Shown here in pieces: positions 44,223 through 54,187 of a DNA stretch of 64,000 nt. Below the pieces are notes generated by a model. The model had not been told where the DNA came from, ran no database searches, and saw only the letters and a list, made by a program, of their open reading frames with translations. Numbering within the stretch: the stretch's first letter is position 1; each line of letters starts with the position of its first letter. The DNA is from a virus: UHGV virus genome UHGV-0125682. The stretch is one strand, 5' to 3'. The position numbers and the translations under genes were made by a program.

Positions 44223-45711
44223 GGTCCGCCTCATGCTTTTCAGCCACCAGCGGCAATAAAGCCCTGGCCATCTTATGAACCAATAGTGCATCAATAATGC
44301 CAAGCGTATGCCCCGGCTTAATGTTTAATGCCGCCTCAAGGTGACACCTTTCCAGGCCACTTTTCTCGGCTTGTTTATGATGATCTGGTGTAATAACGTC
44401 GCCCAAAACACGGCTAATTCTTTCTCGTAATTGCTGGGTGCCAGCACACTTGATCGCTGTATCGTGGAGACGGTTAACCAGTTCGCGATAAACATGCGGC
44501 TTAATTCGGATACGTTCACCGGTGACGCCCTTTCCTGGTGCTGGCACCGAACTATCCGGAATATCCGGATAGTTGCCTGCCAGTCTACGCAAAACGGCCT
44601 TAACAGCCTCAATACGGTCATCATCGCAATTTTCCAGCGTATCTATGCGATCGAGCATGATGATGGCGTTATCAATATCAGGATTGCCGGTCCACTCATT
44701 ACCGCGATTGGATTCGGCAGCCTGGTTGCCGCGTACTGGTTGATTATCGGCTTTACCCAGTCTGTCGTTGCTGCATGAATGCCCTTCCAGCAAGGCCAAT
44801 GCTTGTCGCATGAAATACGCAATATGTTTGCCGTGGTAATCGTCTTCATCGATGTGAAAAGCGATACTGCGGATGTATTCAATTGCGTTTTCAATGGCCT
44901 CCGGCGTTATCGGCGCTGACATATTTTGATTTTGGAGTGCCAAGACGCGACTGGCATCCTCAACGTTCTTCACTGCATCTGCGCAGTAGTTATAGCGATT
45001 GCATTCCACTAACTTCTGCTTGAGATTTTCAATTGCTTGCGCGACATCAGCCTGTATTTCCGGAACTGGCGGAACGGCTGTCTGCTGCTCTCGAACGTCA
45101 TTAGTCGCTATCGGTTCTGCTGCCAGCTGACTGGCATATTTGTTAATGGTAACGATAAGCTCTTGCTCGGCCTCATCCAGACAATCACCGATACCTCGCC
45201 TGTCACCGTCAAAATCATCGAAATCGGCACGAATCTTGGCAACCTTCTGGATTGCGGACAACACCTCACTAGGAATTACCGGATAGTTGGTTGACGTTTC
45301 CGCGATTTCCCGAAAATTATTGGTTGACGAATTCTTGTTTTCCCGAAAGTTTCCGGACTGAAGCATGGCTTCGCGGCAATCGTTCCAGCCTGTAGCGTAT
45401 GCAGCCGCTTTGCTGCTGCCTTCAACTGGCGCATCCTGCCAATACATTTCTTCCGGCACTACCTGCACCTGAGGGGTGGCGTAGAGTGGAATTCCTCCCC
45501 CTCCACCAGAAAATTCATTGCGAGCGTTATACTCACGACCATCTGCGTCATCACGCATCCACGCCACCGGTTCTGCTTCCAGCGATGCCAGCGCGATACG
45601 AAACACATTGGCAAGCAGGCTGTCTGAAGATTGGTTATCGTGCGCCGGGTCGCTCAGGAAGCCTGTGATGAATGATTTAATCTCCGCACGTTCTTTGGTA
45701 ATAGTGGTCAT
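44206..45711 (-). CDS. Hypothetical protein; C-terminal module shared with 54184-54798
   Basis: 501 aa; Gly5 run; C-terminal ...KPHVYRELVNRLHD...GTQQLRERI... Confidence 0.55.
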   Translation of the reverse strand: MTTITKERAEIKSFITGFLSDPAHDNQSSDSLLANVFRIALASLEAEPVAWMRDDADGREYNARNEFSGGGGGIPLYATPQVQVVPEEMYWQDAPVEGSSKAAAYATGWNDCREAMLQSGNFRENKNSSTNNFREIAETSTNYPVIPSEVLSAIQKVAKIRADFDDFDGDRRGIGDCLDEAEQELIVTINKYASQLAAEPIATNDVREQQTAVPPVPEIQADVAQAIENLKQKLVECNRYNYCADAVKNVEDASRVLALQNQNMSAPITPEAIENAIEYIRSIAFHIDEDDYHGKHIAYFMRQALALLEGHSCSNDRLGKADNQPVRGNQAAESNRGNEWTGNPDIDNAIIMLDRIDTLENCDDDRIEAVKAVLRRLAGNYPDIPDSSVPAPGKGVTGERIRIKPHVYRELVNRLHDTAIKCAGTQQLRERISRVLGDVITPDHHKQAEKSGLERCHLEAALNIKPGHTLGIIDALLVHKMARALLPLVAEKHEADHANES

Positions 45712-45721
45712 GTGTTACTCC

Positions 45722-45985
45722 TTAACCCGCAGTGCTTTCAACTGATGAGGGGAACAAAATCTTTTCATCAAACCCTGCATTCATATCATGAACAGCAACA
45801 CACCAATCCATCGACGAACGATTATCAAGAGCCTCCATGATTTCATCCATGCGGCGCAGGTCATACAGGTAAATGCTTTTATCGCCAATGGTGTAAAAGC
45901 CAATTTTTTTCGGTGATGGACAGCGATCAAGAACGTCCTGTAATTCGTTCAACCATGCCCGTTCTTTTTTTGTTAAAGTTGCCAT
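45722..45985 (-). CDS. Hypothetical protein
   Basis: 87 aa from MATLTKKERAWL...; RBS AAGGAGA. Confidence 0.5.
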   Translation of the reverse strand: MATLTKKERAWLNELQDVLDRCPSPKKIGFYTIGDKSIYLYDLRRMDEIMEALDNRSSMDWCVAVHDMNAGFDEKILFPSSVESTAG

Positions 45986-45986
45986 A

Positions 45987-46175
45987 TCACTCTCCTTTAG
46001 TGCGCAAATGGTTTTTCCAGCGGTTTTGCGCCGCGCTGGGCTTTTTGCAAAAACCACAATCCATCATCCCGTAATATTTCATCAACCCCATCCGTCGGTT
46101 GCTGAGTCTCACCCACTGCCAGACGCCAGGAGCGTTTCTACGAACTAACAGAATCTTTGCTTTACGGTTTTTCAT
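45987..46175 (-). CDS. Hypothetical small basic protein
   Basis: 62 aa ORF. Confidence 0.3.
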   Translation of the reverse strand: MKNRKAKILLVRRNAPGVWQWVRLSNRRMGLMKYYGMMDCGFCKKPSAAQNRWKNHLRTKGE

Positions 46176-46347
46176 CGCTTTGCTCTCCTGCGTCTCTTTG
46201 CTGCTCGTCGTGCCGCTGCAATACCGGTATGGCGGCGCTTTGGTGCCGGGATGATGTTGTCAGCCATCAGGACATACGGCTTTGCAATTAGCGCAGAAGC
46301 CCAAAAACGAGTCGGGTACGGTAACAAGCCGATACATGCCACACGCA

Positions 46348-47109
46348 TTACTCACCTCCTTTGATGCGAATGCCTGCAGCGCGGATTGCAGCGATGACTT
46401 CAGAAACTTTGTATGCCATTACCGTTTGGTAATCATCGTGAAAATCTGTTCGATGAAGCATGCTGCTACGTTCCGGGAGCGATATTTCCCGAGCATCCAG
46501 TTCCTTAACGCGTTCCTCCAGTTCGTAGACCCTGCATTGTTCTCTATCATCAATCAGATATAACCCAAGACATTCGCTTTCTACCCAACCGCCAAAATCA
46601 TGATCGTAACGCTCACATGAAAACTCACCGTCACCGTCCTTTGTTGGAATGGTGTAACTATCTAATGGGCCACCATATGTCGGCACATTTCCCAATGTTG
46701 GATGCTCAATCCACATGAAAAATGCACGTCCGGTTATTGGGCAAATATCTGGCCGCCATTGGTTACGAACAGCCTTGGTTTCGGATAATTCTTCAGCGTG
46801 TTGTTTTACTTCCTCAAGCTCAACTCTCAGCTTCCCTACCGTTAGCGCAATATCCTCGTTCTCCTGATCGCGGCGTTTTATGTATTGCTGGTTTCTTTCC
46901 CGTTCATCCAGAAGCGCCAAGACGGTAGCCGGATTGGCTGCGGCGATGAATTCAGCATCACGAGATTCGTTTTCACTGAACACCATAGCTATTTGCTCAT
47001 GGTTTATGCCGTCAGTGGAGTAAATCTCATCGTCGAATTCAACAGCCCACTTACCTTTCGTAGCCTTCTCTGCCGCCTCACGCAGTGCCTGATAGTCAAT
47101 CTTGCTCAC
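46348..47109 (-). CDS. Hypothetical protein (MSKIDYQALREAAE... N-terminal family, Ea22-like)
   Basis: 253 aa; N-terminus shared with 47847-48032. Confidence 0.55.
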   Translation of the reverse strand: MSKIDYQALREAAEKATKGKWAVEFDDEIYSTDGINHEQIAMVFSENESRDAEFIAAANPATVLALLDERERNQQYIKRRDQENEDIALTVGKLRVELEEVKQHAEELSETKAVRNQWRPDICPITGRAFFMWIEHPTLGNVPTYGGPLDSYTIPTKDGDGEFSCERYDHDFGGWVESECLGLYLIDDREQCRVYELEERVKELDAREISLPERSSMLHRTDFHDDYQTVMAYKVSEVIAAIRAAGIRIKGGE

Positions 47110-47410
47110 TGGCAGCCTCCTTTGCCGGGATTTCTAACTTTTGAGTGGTTGTATCAAATTCAAACAACTTAACCACGTCATCAAACAGGACATAATCACC
47201 ATCAGGATCTTCAGTCATATCTGCGCCACAATCCTGACCGCACGAGTCGCAACCATCCATATCAAGCTCGTATCGCTTCAGGTTTGCGATATTTGATAAA
47301 TTCAGCGCCAGTACAGCCAGGTCATAAACCTCTTCGGCAGTGACATCGCTGTTCAGTCCCATTTCATGGCGATATATGATTTTTTCTACCCGTTGTTTTG
47401 TGATTGTCAT
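47096..47410 (-). CDS. Hypothetical acidic protein
   Basis: 104 aa; overlaps neighbours by a few nt. Confidence 0.45.
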   Translation of the reverse strand: MTITKQRVEKIIYRHEMGLNSDVTAEEVYDLAVLALNLSNIANLKRYELDMDGCDSCGQDCGADMTEDPDGDYVLFDDVVKLFEFDTTTQKLEIPAKEAASEQD

Positions 47411-47850
47411 TTTTGCTCACCTCCCTGTTCTTCCAGAAAAATACGCATAGCCTCAAGCATCTCTTCGGTGTCATACGGTGACAACTTGTCACGCAGGATG
47501 TGTTCAATGCTGTTAATGAACTTGCGGATTGCTTTGCGTTCAATTTCAGCCAGGAAAGCGTCGGTGGCTGACATATTTCCTGTTGCCTTCATGGCCTTCA
47601 AAATAACCAGAACGCCATCTCGCCCAACCACCTCAGCGATAACCTCAGTGTTGTCGCCAACAACATCGCAGAATGCCTGAACTGCCTTACGAGCCAGCTC
47701 ATTCTCCACTGCCAGCGCCGCGCACTTGGCCTCAAGAGCGGCAACCACTTCCTGATGGTCTTTGTACTTAACGTATGAGCCGGAGATGTCATCACCTTCG
47801 GTGTTTAGCCATGCGTCATTGCAATTCACTGCGTAGGTTCTGATGCTCAT
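47407..47850 (-). CDS. Hypothetical protein, ATDAFLAEI...EQ(L/I)RKGG paralogue family
   Basis: ~147 aa from MSIRTYAV...; motif shared with 51553, 52191, 53392 genes. Confidence 0.5.
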   Translation of the reverse strand: MSIRTYAVNCNDAWLNTEGDDISGSYVKYKDHQEVVAALEAKCAALAVENELARKAVQAFCDVVGDNTEVIAEVVGRDGVLVILKAMKATGNMSATDAFLAEIERKAIRKFINSIEHILRDKLSPYDTEEMLEAMRIFLEEQGGEQK

Positions 47851-48032
47851 GTTGATGCTCTCCCGCCCCTGACAGACGCCAGGCCAGTCAATAAAGTATC
47901 CGCACAATGCCTACCCTCAGACGTGCGCGCAGGATAAATGCCGTTATGACCCGGCAAAATATATGCTACCCATTCATCTTGCGTTGCCTGTTCCGCCGCC
48001 TCGCGCAGTTCTTGATAGTTAATTTTGCTCAC
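47847..48032 (-). CDS. Short ORF with Ea22-like leader fused to unrelated sequence (possible remnant)
   Basis: GTG start; first 22 aa match N-terminus of 46348-47109, then divergent. Confidence 0.3.
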   Translation of the reverse strand: MSKINYQELREAAEQATQDEWVAYILPGHNGIYPARTSEGRHCADTLLTGLASVRGGRAST

Positions 48033-48720
48033 TGGTTGCCCCCTGAATACGCTTAAACTCGATTACCCACACCCAAGGATTAGCGTTCCAACTATCTTCG
48101 CCATAAATTGATTTCCATAGGCTACGGAAACATGGGTAATGCTTATCGCCAATGAGGGTCGATTCTGTTGGTGCGCCCTCAGCCCTTGCATCGCATTCGC
48201 TGATATCGTTCAACCGCTCAACGCGCACGTTGGTAATTTCCAGAAGAATGCGCGATGCCCAGCGCGGCATGTGAATTGATGGACACCACCCGCCATCAAA
48301 TTTTTCATTCACAGTGTGAGGTTTCCAGTCGGCATCATCGGGTATCGACCACAAGCCGTAATCACCCGGCTTTTGCTCACAACTGGCCCGATAAATCCTT
48401 GCTGCGTTCTTCTCATCGCCACGACAAAGGTTGTCGTTCCAGTCCACACTGCAACCATCCTCATTGCCTAATATCGCCCACGCCTCACGGACCCATATGC
48501 GATCACCAACGTTACCGAACGGGCATAAACCATGTTCAGGTGCATCCATAACGTGGGTATAGACACCATTGCGTTTCTTTGTCGGTTTACGGATAACCAG
48601 GCAGTTATCGGCCCTGACATTTTTTACAGGTCGGCGAGTCTGCGTCTTCCTTCCTTCGAGGATGGCCCTGACCATCTCATCGTTAAAAATCATCCCGCGT
48701 TCTTTCATTTTTTGATCCAC
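48019..48720 (-). CDS. Conserved phage protein (MIFNDEMVRAILEGRKTQTRR N-terminus)
   Basis: 233 aa. Confidence 0.55.
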   Translation of the reverse strand: MDQKMKERGMIFNDEMVRAILEGRKTQTRRPVKNVRADNCLVIRKPTKKRNGVYTHVMDAPEHGLCPFGNVGDRIWVREAWAILGNEDGCSVDWNDNLCRGDEKNAARIYRASCEQKPGDYGLWSIPDDADWKPHTVNEKFDGGWCPSIHMPRWASRILLEITNVRVERLNDISECDARAEGAPTESTLIGDKHYPCFRSLWKSIYGEDSWNANPWVWVIEFKRIQGATSEQN

Positions 48721-48724
48721 CTCA

Positions 48725-49720
48725 TCAGTTATTGAAAGTGATCACTCCGCGCTCGATGGCGAAGTCAAAAAGCTGGTTAGCGGCTACGTAAAGGCGTATG
48801 CCATGTGCTTTTTCCCATGCCCGGACATCGTTTTCTGCGCTTCTGGCGCAGTCATCGCAAAGAGGAACAGCCCAGCGGTCGTGTTCGTTTAACGAGCGGG
48901 CGCGGTACATGAACGGGTGGTTAACTTTGCCACCGCATCCGATGCACGGACGAGAAACCACAAACCGGAGATAAGCCGGGCTTTTACCGAGGACCGCTTT
49001 TGGTCGGCGCATATAAAGCAGGCCGGAATCCTCATCTACAGACAGGTTGACGATCTGCTCTGCGGTTATGTCCACCAGCTCGCGGGTACTGTGCTCCCAG
49101 GTGATATCTGATTCTTTCAGCGTACCGGTAGGGATTTCAGTTTTTGGCTGACAAAATGCAATGCGACCGGCTTCATCTGGCAGCTCATCTTTCAGATTCC
49201 GGCGAATGGCCCAAAAAGTGAGTTCAACCATGCTCAGATCGCGTTCTGGCGGTAGTTTTAACTCGCTCGCAGCCCAGTTCATAACCCAGTTGGCACGATT
49301 CAGGGATAACTGGTCGTCCAGCTTGCTGTACCCCTTCATCATGTATTCCGCATCATGCTTCCAGCACAGGCGAACGGCAGAGCCGTTATAGAAATGAGTG
49401 GTTAGCTGGTGGCTGCAATCGCGCTTATCGTGCGCCTGGCAATCGTGGATATTGGAACTTACCCAATGAACAAGCGAATCTTCACCGCCCAACGCGTTAA
49501 ATACGCGCTCGCTTTGAAAAAACGGTTTCAGAGACTGGTTGGCAACCAGCGAATAATTCAGATCCACTACGCCATCTGGCGTGTTTTCAGCCTGTTCACG
49601 CGGAAGTGGGGAGATAATGAAACGGCGACCTACGCCAATGTAGTTACTGGTGGGCTTGTCTACCGGAAAGACAGCCACACCAGCTCCGTTTACGAAATGA
49701 GGTGTGATTATTGCACTCAT
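48725..49720 (-). CDS. Hypothetical protein, possibly DUF968-like
   Basis: 331 aa; Cys/His cluster ...RPCIGCGGKVNHPF...CDDCARS... Confidence 0.45.
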   Translation of the reverse strand: MSAIITPHFVNGAGVAVFPVDKPTSNYIGVGRRFIISPLPREQAENTPDGVVDLNYSLVANQSLKPFFQSERVFNALGGEDSLVHWVSSNIHDCQAHDKRDCSHQLTTHFYNGSAVRLCWKHDAEYMMKGYSKLDDQLSLNRANWVMNWAASELKLPPERDLSMVELTFWAIRRNLKDELPDEAGRIAFCQPKTEIPTGTLKESDITWEHSTRELVDITAEQIVNLSVDEDSGLLYMRRPKAVLGKSPAYLRFVVSRPCIGCGGKVNHPFMYRARSLNEHDRWAVPLCDDCARSAENDVRAWEKAHGIRLYVAANQLFDFAIERGVITFNN

Positions 49721-49762
49721 AATGTATACCGACTCTGTTTTGTTCCGAGCGGTAAAATAATA

Positions 49763-49793
49763 TGTTAGAAAACTAAAATCAATGTTCTAACAC
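49763..49793. promoter_or_regulatory. Operator-like motifs (TGTTAGAAAACTAAAAT plus TGTTCTAACAC)
   Basis: Recurring motif between two genes of the leftward operon. Confidence 0.45.
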
Positions 49794-49817
49794 ATTTTGA
49801 GTGCGTAAATGATTTGA

Positions 49818-50510
49818 TCAGACTTTAAGCTGCCCTCCCTTCACCTGCATTAGCGTCAGATTTCCGCAAAAAACCGCGCCCGTGTCTATGTAGTGCTGAT
49901 TCCAGTATGCTTTTGGTCTTCGTACCGGTGTGTGCCCAAAGATAAAGCGATCTGCGCCTGTGATTTCTCCACCAATGCCATCTATCGAATCACCGACGCG
50001 ACTGCGCGACCAGACAACATCAAAAAGCGACACATCCTTACCGAACTGGTACTCTCCACCTGGATAGTCGGCATGGGCTATAACGATAGTTTCATGCCCG
50101 GTGTTCAGCTCAATGATATAGGGAAGACGTCTTACCAGCTCCACCAGCGCCCTGGCTAATATTTCCCGATCAGCGTCCAGCATGAAGAACCATTGACCGC
50201 CATTCATTAGCCAGTTATTCACATTGCCTGCGGGACTTAACGCATCGATCATTAATCGCTCGTGGTTTCCCATAACCGACCGAAACCAGGGCATCTGCAA
50301 TAGCTCCAGGCATTCAACATTTTCGGTGCCGCGATCGATAAGGTCGCCAACCGATATCAGTAAATCCTGCGCCGGGTCAAAATCCACACGATGGAGTTCA
50401 TTCATAAGTAGGGTGTAGCAACCGTGCAAATCACCAACAACCCATATGTTTCTGTAGCCTGAACCATCAATACGGCTATATAAATTCACTTCATGCAGCG
50501 CCTGGTTCAT
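49818..50510 (-). CDS. Ser/Thr protein phosphatase (lambda-phosphatase family)
   Basis: GDLHGC, GDLIDRG, GNHE metallophosphatase motifs. Confidence 0.85.
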   Translation of the reverse strand: MNQALHEVNLYSRIDGSGYRNIWVVGDLHGCYTLLMNELHRVDFDPAQDLLISVGDLIDRGTENVECLELLQMPWFRSVMGNHERLMIDALSPAGNVNNWLMNGGQWFFMLDADREILARALVELVRRLPYIIELNTGHETIVIAHADYPGGEYQFGKDVSLFDVVWSRSRVGDSIDGIGGEITGADRFIFGHTPVRRPKAYWNQHYIDTGAVFCGNLTLMQVKGGQLKV

Positions 50511-50818
50511 GCGGCAACCTTCTCCCGCAGCCAGATACAAACCGGGCCATCTTCAGTGTCATGAATAGAGCCAACAAACCATCCTTCGCCCGCTGGTCGC
50601 TCTGGTTCCCAGGCGGCAATATCGGGACCATCTGCGTCCAGATTAAAATCATCTTCATCCATACTGCGAATAGTCCACTGAAGATTATTTTCCTTCATCC
50701 AGGCGTCAAATTCCTCAGTGGATATATATTCACGACCTGCGCAAAACTTTTCATACTCCGGATGTGTCCAGCAGCCATATTCATCACGTTCTACCGGCAT
50801 TTCTTTAATTGTGCTCAC
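50507..50818 (-). CDS. Hypothetical protein
   Basis: 103 aa. Confidence 0.45.
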   Translation of the reverse strand: MSTIKEMPVERDEYGCWTHPEYEKFCAGREYISTEEFDAWMKENNLQWTIRSMDEDDFNLDADGPDIAAWEPERPAGEGWFVGSIHDTEDGPVCIWLREKVAA

Positions 50819-51039
50819 TCTTCATCCTCCAAGTCGGCAACGGCATCCATCACATCAGAACCGCGAATAAACTCAAAAGCACGGCAAGCCATTTCAAACA
50901 CCTGTTGTTCTTGCGGATGCGGTGACTCCCAATACTTAAAACCAGGTCGATGCTCGTAACCCATCATGGAATAAAAATCGCCAGCAAGTTCAATCGCGGC
51001 ATCAACAAGTTCGCGATTTGTCATCGTCTGTTCTGTCAT
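50815..51039 (-). CDS. Hypothetical protein
   Basis: 74 aa. Confidence 0.4.
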   Translation of the reverse strand: MTEQTMTNRELVDAAIELAGDFYSMMGYEHRPGFKYWESPHPQEQQVFEMACRAFEFIRGSDVMDAVADLEDEE

Positions 51040-51311
51040 TTTGTTTTCTCCTGTCTGAACATCACTATCATCAGGTCGCCTTTTGTCGCTATCCTCGCTG
51101 TTGTGCCTGGTTCAATGCTGCCAAGTTCAAATGCGTCATAGAACGCTTCTAATGCCTTCAGGCGTAGTTCCTGTTTGCGCCGTTTTTTCCACTGTTTCAG
51201 GAAAATGGAACCCAGCCATCGCCATGTACGGGACATGATGTAAAGCCAACCGAGAAGTGCCAGACCGGTATTTAGGGCCGTATCGAGCGTTATCGTGGTG
51301 TCGATATTCAC
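51036..51311 (-). CDS. Hypothetical membrane protein
   Basis: 91 aa with TM segment. Confidence 0.4.
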   Translation of the reverse strand: MNIDTTITLDTALNTGLALLGWLYIMSRTWRWLGSIFLKQWKKRRKQELRLKALEAFYDAFELGSIEPGTTARIATKGDLMIVMFRQEKTK

Positions 51312-51556
51312 TGTGGTGGCTCCTGCTTTTCTGCCTTTAATACCATGCGAGAACCATCATCCAGCTCCCAATTAATTTCACCGCCTTCAGCCATGACTAG
51401 ATGCCAAACGAGTTGTGCGGCCTCGTTGGTTACATCACGACCGCGATCATTGCCGACACGACGTTTTGTTCCATCCCCTAAGTCACGCATTTTTGCCAAC
51501 ACGATGGTTTTTGATAGCGGTGAAAAACCAAGCTGTAGTCGTGCGGTATTACTCAC
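51308..51556 (-). CDS. Hypothetical protein
   Basis: 82 aa. Confidence 0.4.
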   Translation of the reverse strand: MSNTARLQLGFSPLSKTIVLAKMRDLGDGTKRRVGNDRGRDVTNEAAQLVWHLVMAEGGEINWELDDGSRMVLKAEKQEPPQ

Positions 51557-52194
51557 TGTTTGCCTCCTTTTCGAAGCTGGTCAGCGAACCTATCAGCTGC
51601 ATCCGCGCAAGCAGAAGCAACGGAATCAAAAAATGGATCATCTCCGGTATCGCGCATCGTCAAAGCGAATGCCTCCACCCCTTGTGCCTGTATTTCTACA
51701 AGGTATGCCTTAGATGTAGTGCTTTTCGCCTCGCCTAATTCGTTATGAGCGATGTTCGCTATACATGCGATGTCTATATCTGGATGATTAATTGGGCAAT
51801 GGCTAAGAATTGCCTCAAGTGCTGCTTTTTTGCTTTGGCATTCCGCCACCATCGCCCCGCAATTGCTTTCATATTCGGCAATACGCTGTTTAGCAGCCTC
51901 CAGCTCAACACGCAGCTTCTCAAGCGTTAGAGCCATCTCCATGTTCTCGTCCAGCAGTTCAATCACATCAGGATCGCTATCATCAACTACTGTTATGCGC
52001 GATTTTTTGTAATGCTCGTCAGCATAAGTTCGTCCAGTTTTGAAGCATCCGTCGTCCTCCATGCCGGAACAGGCATAAACAACATGTGATCCAGATATGC
52101 GCTGCATTGACATTTCCTCGCCACAAACAGAGCATTTAGGCGCTGGTTTCGGTGAAAAACGTTCACGTAACGTATGATAGTAAAGCTCGCTCAC
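51553..52194 (-). CDS. Hypothetical protein, N-terminal zinc ribbon, paralogue-family C-terminus
   Basis: 213 aa; CSVCG...YACSG; ends ...FADQLRKGGKQ. Confidence 0.5.
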   Translation of the reverse strand: MSELYYHTLRERFSPKPAPKCSVCGEEMSMQRISGSHVVYACSGMEDDGCFKTGRTYADEHYKKSRITVVDDSDPDVIELLDENMEMALTLEKLRVELEAAKQRIAEYESNCGAMVAECQSKKAALEAILSHCPINHPDIDIACIANIAHNELGEAKSTTSKAYLVEIQAQGVEAFALTMRDTGDDPFFDSVASACADAADRFADQLRKGGKQ

Positions 52195-52988
52195 TGGCTG
52201 CCTCCTTTGCGAAGCTGTTCAGCGATATCTTCGAGAACGCCATCAGAGAATGAGCGGTCAAAATCGCCTTCCCGCGCATTAGCCATAAACTCAGTAGAGG
52301 TAAGAATCATCCGGGCAATATCCGCGGCGTTCTTCGCAGTATCATCAATAAAACCAGCTTCCCAAGCAGCCAGCATTCTGTTCGCCACAAAGTAAGCGCC
52401 CTCCTTGCGTGCTTCAGTCTTCACTTCATCCAGGAAAGTGTCGGTCGCAGGAGTGGTTTTTTGTGGTGATAGGGCGATACGAATTGTTTCAAGAGCTGGA
52501 TCTATTTCCACTGTTGGCACTTTGATAAAACCAAGCTGCACGCCATTCATAATGAACGTGCGGCGATCCTCACATATCGCCTTCAGTCTCGCATTCTCCG
52601 CAGCCAGCGCCGCGCGATTACCCTCCAGCTCTGCAATGCGCTGTTTTGCGGTATCAAGTTCAATCGATAATTTTTCCAACTGCTCTTTATGCTTCTTATA
52701 TTCCTGATATGCGTGCCAGGACTGACCTTTGCGCACACTATCAGTAATATCAGTAATCTGTTCTGGTGTTAGCGTAGTCAGTGGCTGTGCTGGGAAAATC
52801 AGCACTTTCCCGGAATCCCAATCAAAACCAGCGTGAATTGACTGAACCTCAACTGAGGGTGTTGAACCAATGCTGCCAGGCGAATGAACAACGATCGTTA
52901 CATCCATATCGCGACGATGGCTGTGGTTGTTGGACAAAATACGATTCACCAACTCAGAAAATTTGGAGAATTTCATGCGGAGCCTCAA
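52191..52988 (-). CDS. Hypothetical protein, paralogue family
   Basis: 265 aa; ...ATDTFLDEV...AEQLRKGGSQ. Confidence 0.5.
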   Translation of the reverse strand: MRLRMKFSKFSELVNRILSNNHSHRRDMDVTIVVHSPGSIGSTPSVEVQSIHAGFDWDSGKVLIFPAQPLTTLTPEQITDITDSVRKGQSWHAYQEYKKHKEQLEKLSIELDTAKQRIAELEGNRAALAAENARLKAICEDRRTFIMNGVQLGFIKVPTVEIDPALETIRIALSPQKTTPATDTFLDEVKTEARKEGAYFVANRMLAAWEAGFIDDTAKNAADIARMILTSTEFMANAREGDFDRSFSDGVLEDIAEQLRKGGSQ

Positions 52989-53395
52989 TATGCAAAATAG
53001 ACCGTTGCCACGCCGTTATAGTGATCAAACGATACGGCGTTTACTTCATAGCTGGCAGGGAGCTTCGATCCGAGAACATATCCGGGCCACGTTTTCCATG
53101 GAATTTCTCTACTCTCACTATCCCCATATACCGTACATCCAAGTGAACCTACAGCTTCATTAGAACGCGTGCCGCACGTTATGAATCCCAGATTTTGCTT
53201 ACTGCTCTTAATGGTGATTGAGTGAACGCTGGCTGATGCATTAGCAGCACGCTGTGCCTGTTGGTTTGCGATATTCGCAGAGTTCGCAGCAGCTACAGCA
53301 GCCGTAGTCGCGGCGGTAGAGGCTACAATAGCTGCTGAAGCATGCACTTGTTGGATATTCACCAACAATGCCGCGACAAAAATCATCTTCTTCAC
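52985..53395 (-). CDS. Secreted protein (signal peptide)
   Basis: 136 aa; MKKMIFVAALLVNIQQVHA. Confidence 0.5.
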   Translation of the reverse strand: MKKMIFVAALLVNIQQVHASAAIVASTAATTAAVAAANSANIANQQAQRAANASASVHSITIKSSKQNLGFITCGTRSNEAVGSLGCTVYGDSESREIPWKTWPGYVLGSKLPASYEVNAVSFDHYNGVATVYFAY

Positions 53396-53880
53396 TTGTC
53401 AGCTCCTTTGCGAATCTGTTCCGCCCATTCTTCAAGGGATTTCTCCGCATATTCACCGGACAGGCCATCAATCGGGTGCGGTTCATTAGCCAACTCTTCT
53501 TTCGCTGACAGAATCATGCGTGTAACGTCGAAAACTTCACGTAAAGACTTATTGATAAATCCGTGGTTGAAAGCAGCAGCAAGACGGCTTGCGGTATAGT
53601 TAATCCCCTCGTTGCGAGCCTCCGCACGAATTTCAGCCAGAAAAGCATCGGTGGCTGGAGTTTCGCTGTGGTGCAGGGCATCGTTGATAATCATTGCAGC
53701 AACTCCGGCCTGCCCTGCATCCGTGACCGACACATGCTCAAGAGTTACAGCCATTGCATGTTTCAGCCCAGCATTCTCCGCCGCCAGCGCCGAGCGTTCT
53801 TTCTCAAGTCGGGAAATTTCCGTTACATACTCAGCGTTACGCTCTGCCAGTTGTGCTGGCGTTAAACCTTCAGACTTCAT
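53392..53880 (-). CDS. Hypothetical protein, paralogue family
   Basis: 162 aa; ...ATDAFLAEIRAEARNEG...AEQIRKGADK. Confidence 0.5.
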   Translation of the reverse strand: MKSEGLTPAQLAERNAEYVTEISRLEKERSALAAENAGLKHAMAVTLEHVSVTDAGQAGVAAMIINDALHHSETPATDAFLAEIRAEARNEGINYTASRLAAAFNHGFINKSLREVFDVTRMILSAKEELANEPHPIDGLSGEYAEKSLEEWAEQIRKGADK

Positions 53881-54187
53881 GTACTCTCCTTTCGAAATAA
53901 ACGTACTGATTAATCATGCTCAAGGGCATTTCGAGTTTTTCTGCGATCTCACGGCGGGGAACACCACACCGATGAAGCTGCCGTGCCAGTTCTATATCGC
54001 CCTGCCGGTATTTGGCTGACGGGTGAAAGTCTCCTTTCAGAATCATGCAGATCCGCAGTTGCCGCGCTTTGGTTCTGACAGCACTACCGGTACGCCCGAT
54101 CAGCCTCCCAATACTCTCGACTGTCATAGTCCCGGCGCACTGGCGGAGTATCATGATTTCTGCCCTTCCCCATCCCCGCCAGCTCAC
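53870..54187 (-). CDS. Putative DNA-binding protein (HTH)
   Basis: ~95-105 aa; HTH-like ...VPRREIAEKLEMPLSMINQYV. Confidence 0.45.
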   Translation of the reverse strand: MSWRGWGRAEIMILRQCAGTMTVESIGRLIGRTGSAVRTKARQLRICMILKGDFHPSAKYRQGDIELARQLHRCGVPRREIAEKLEMPLSMINQYVYFERRVHEV

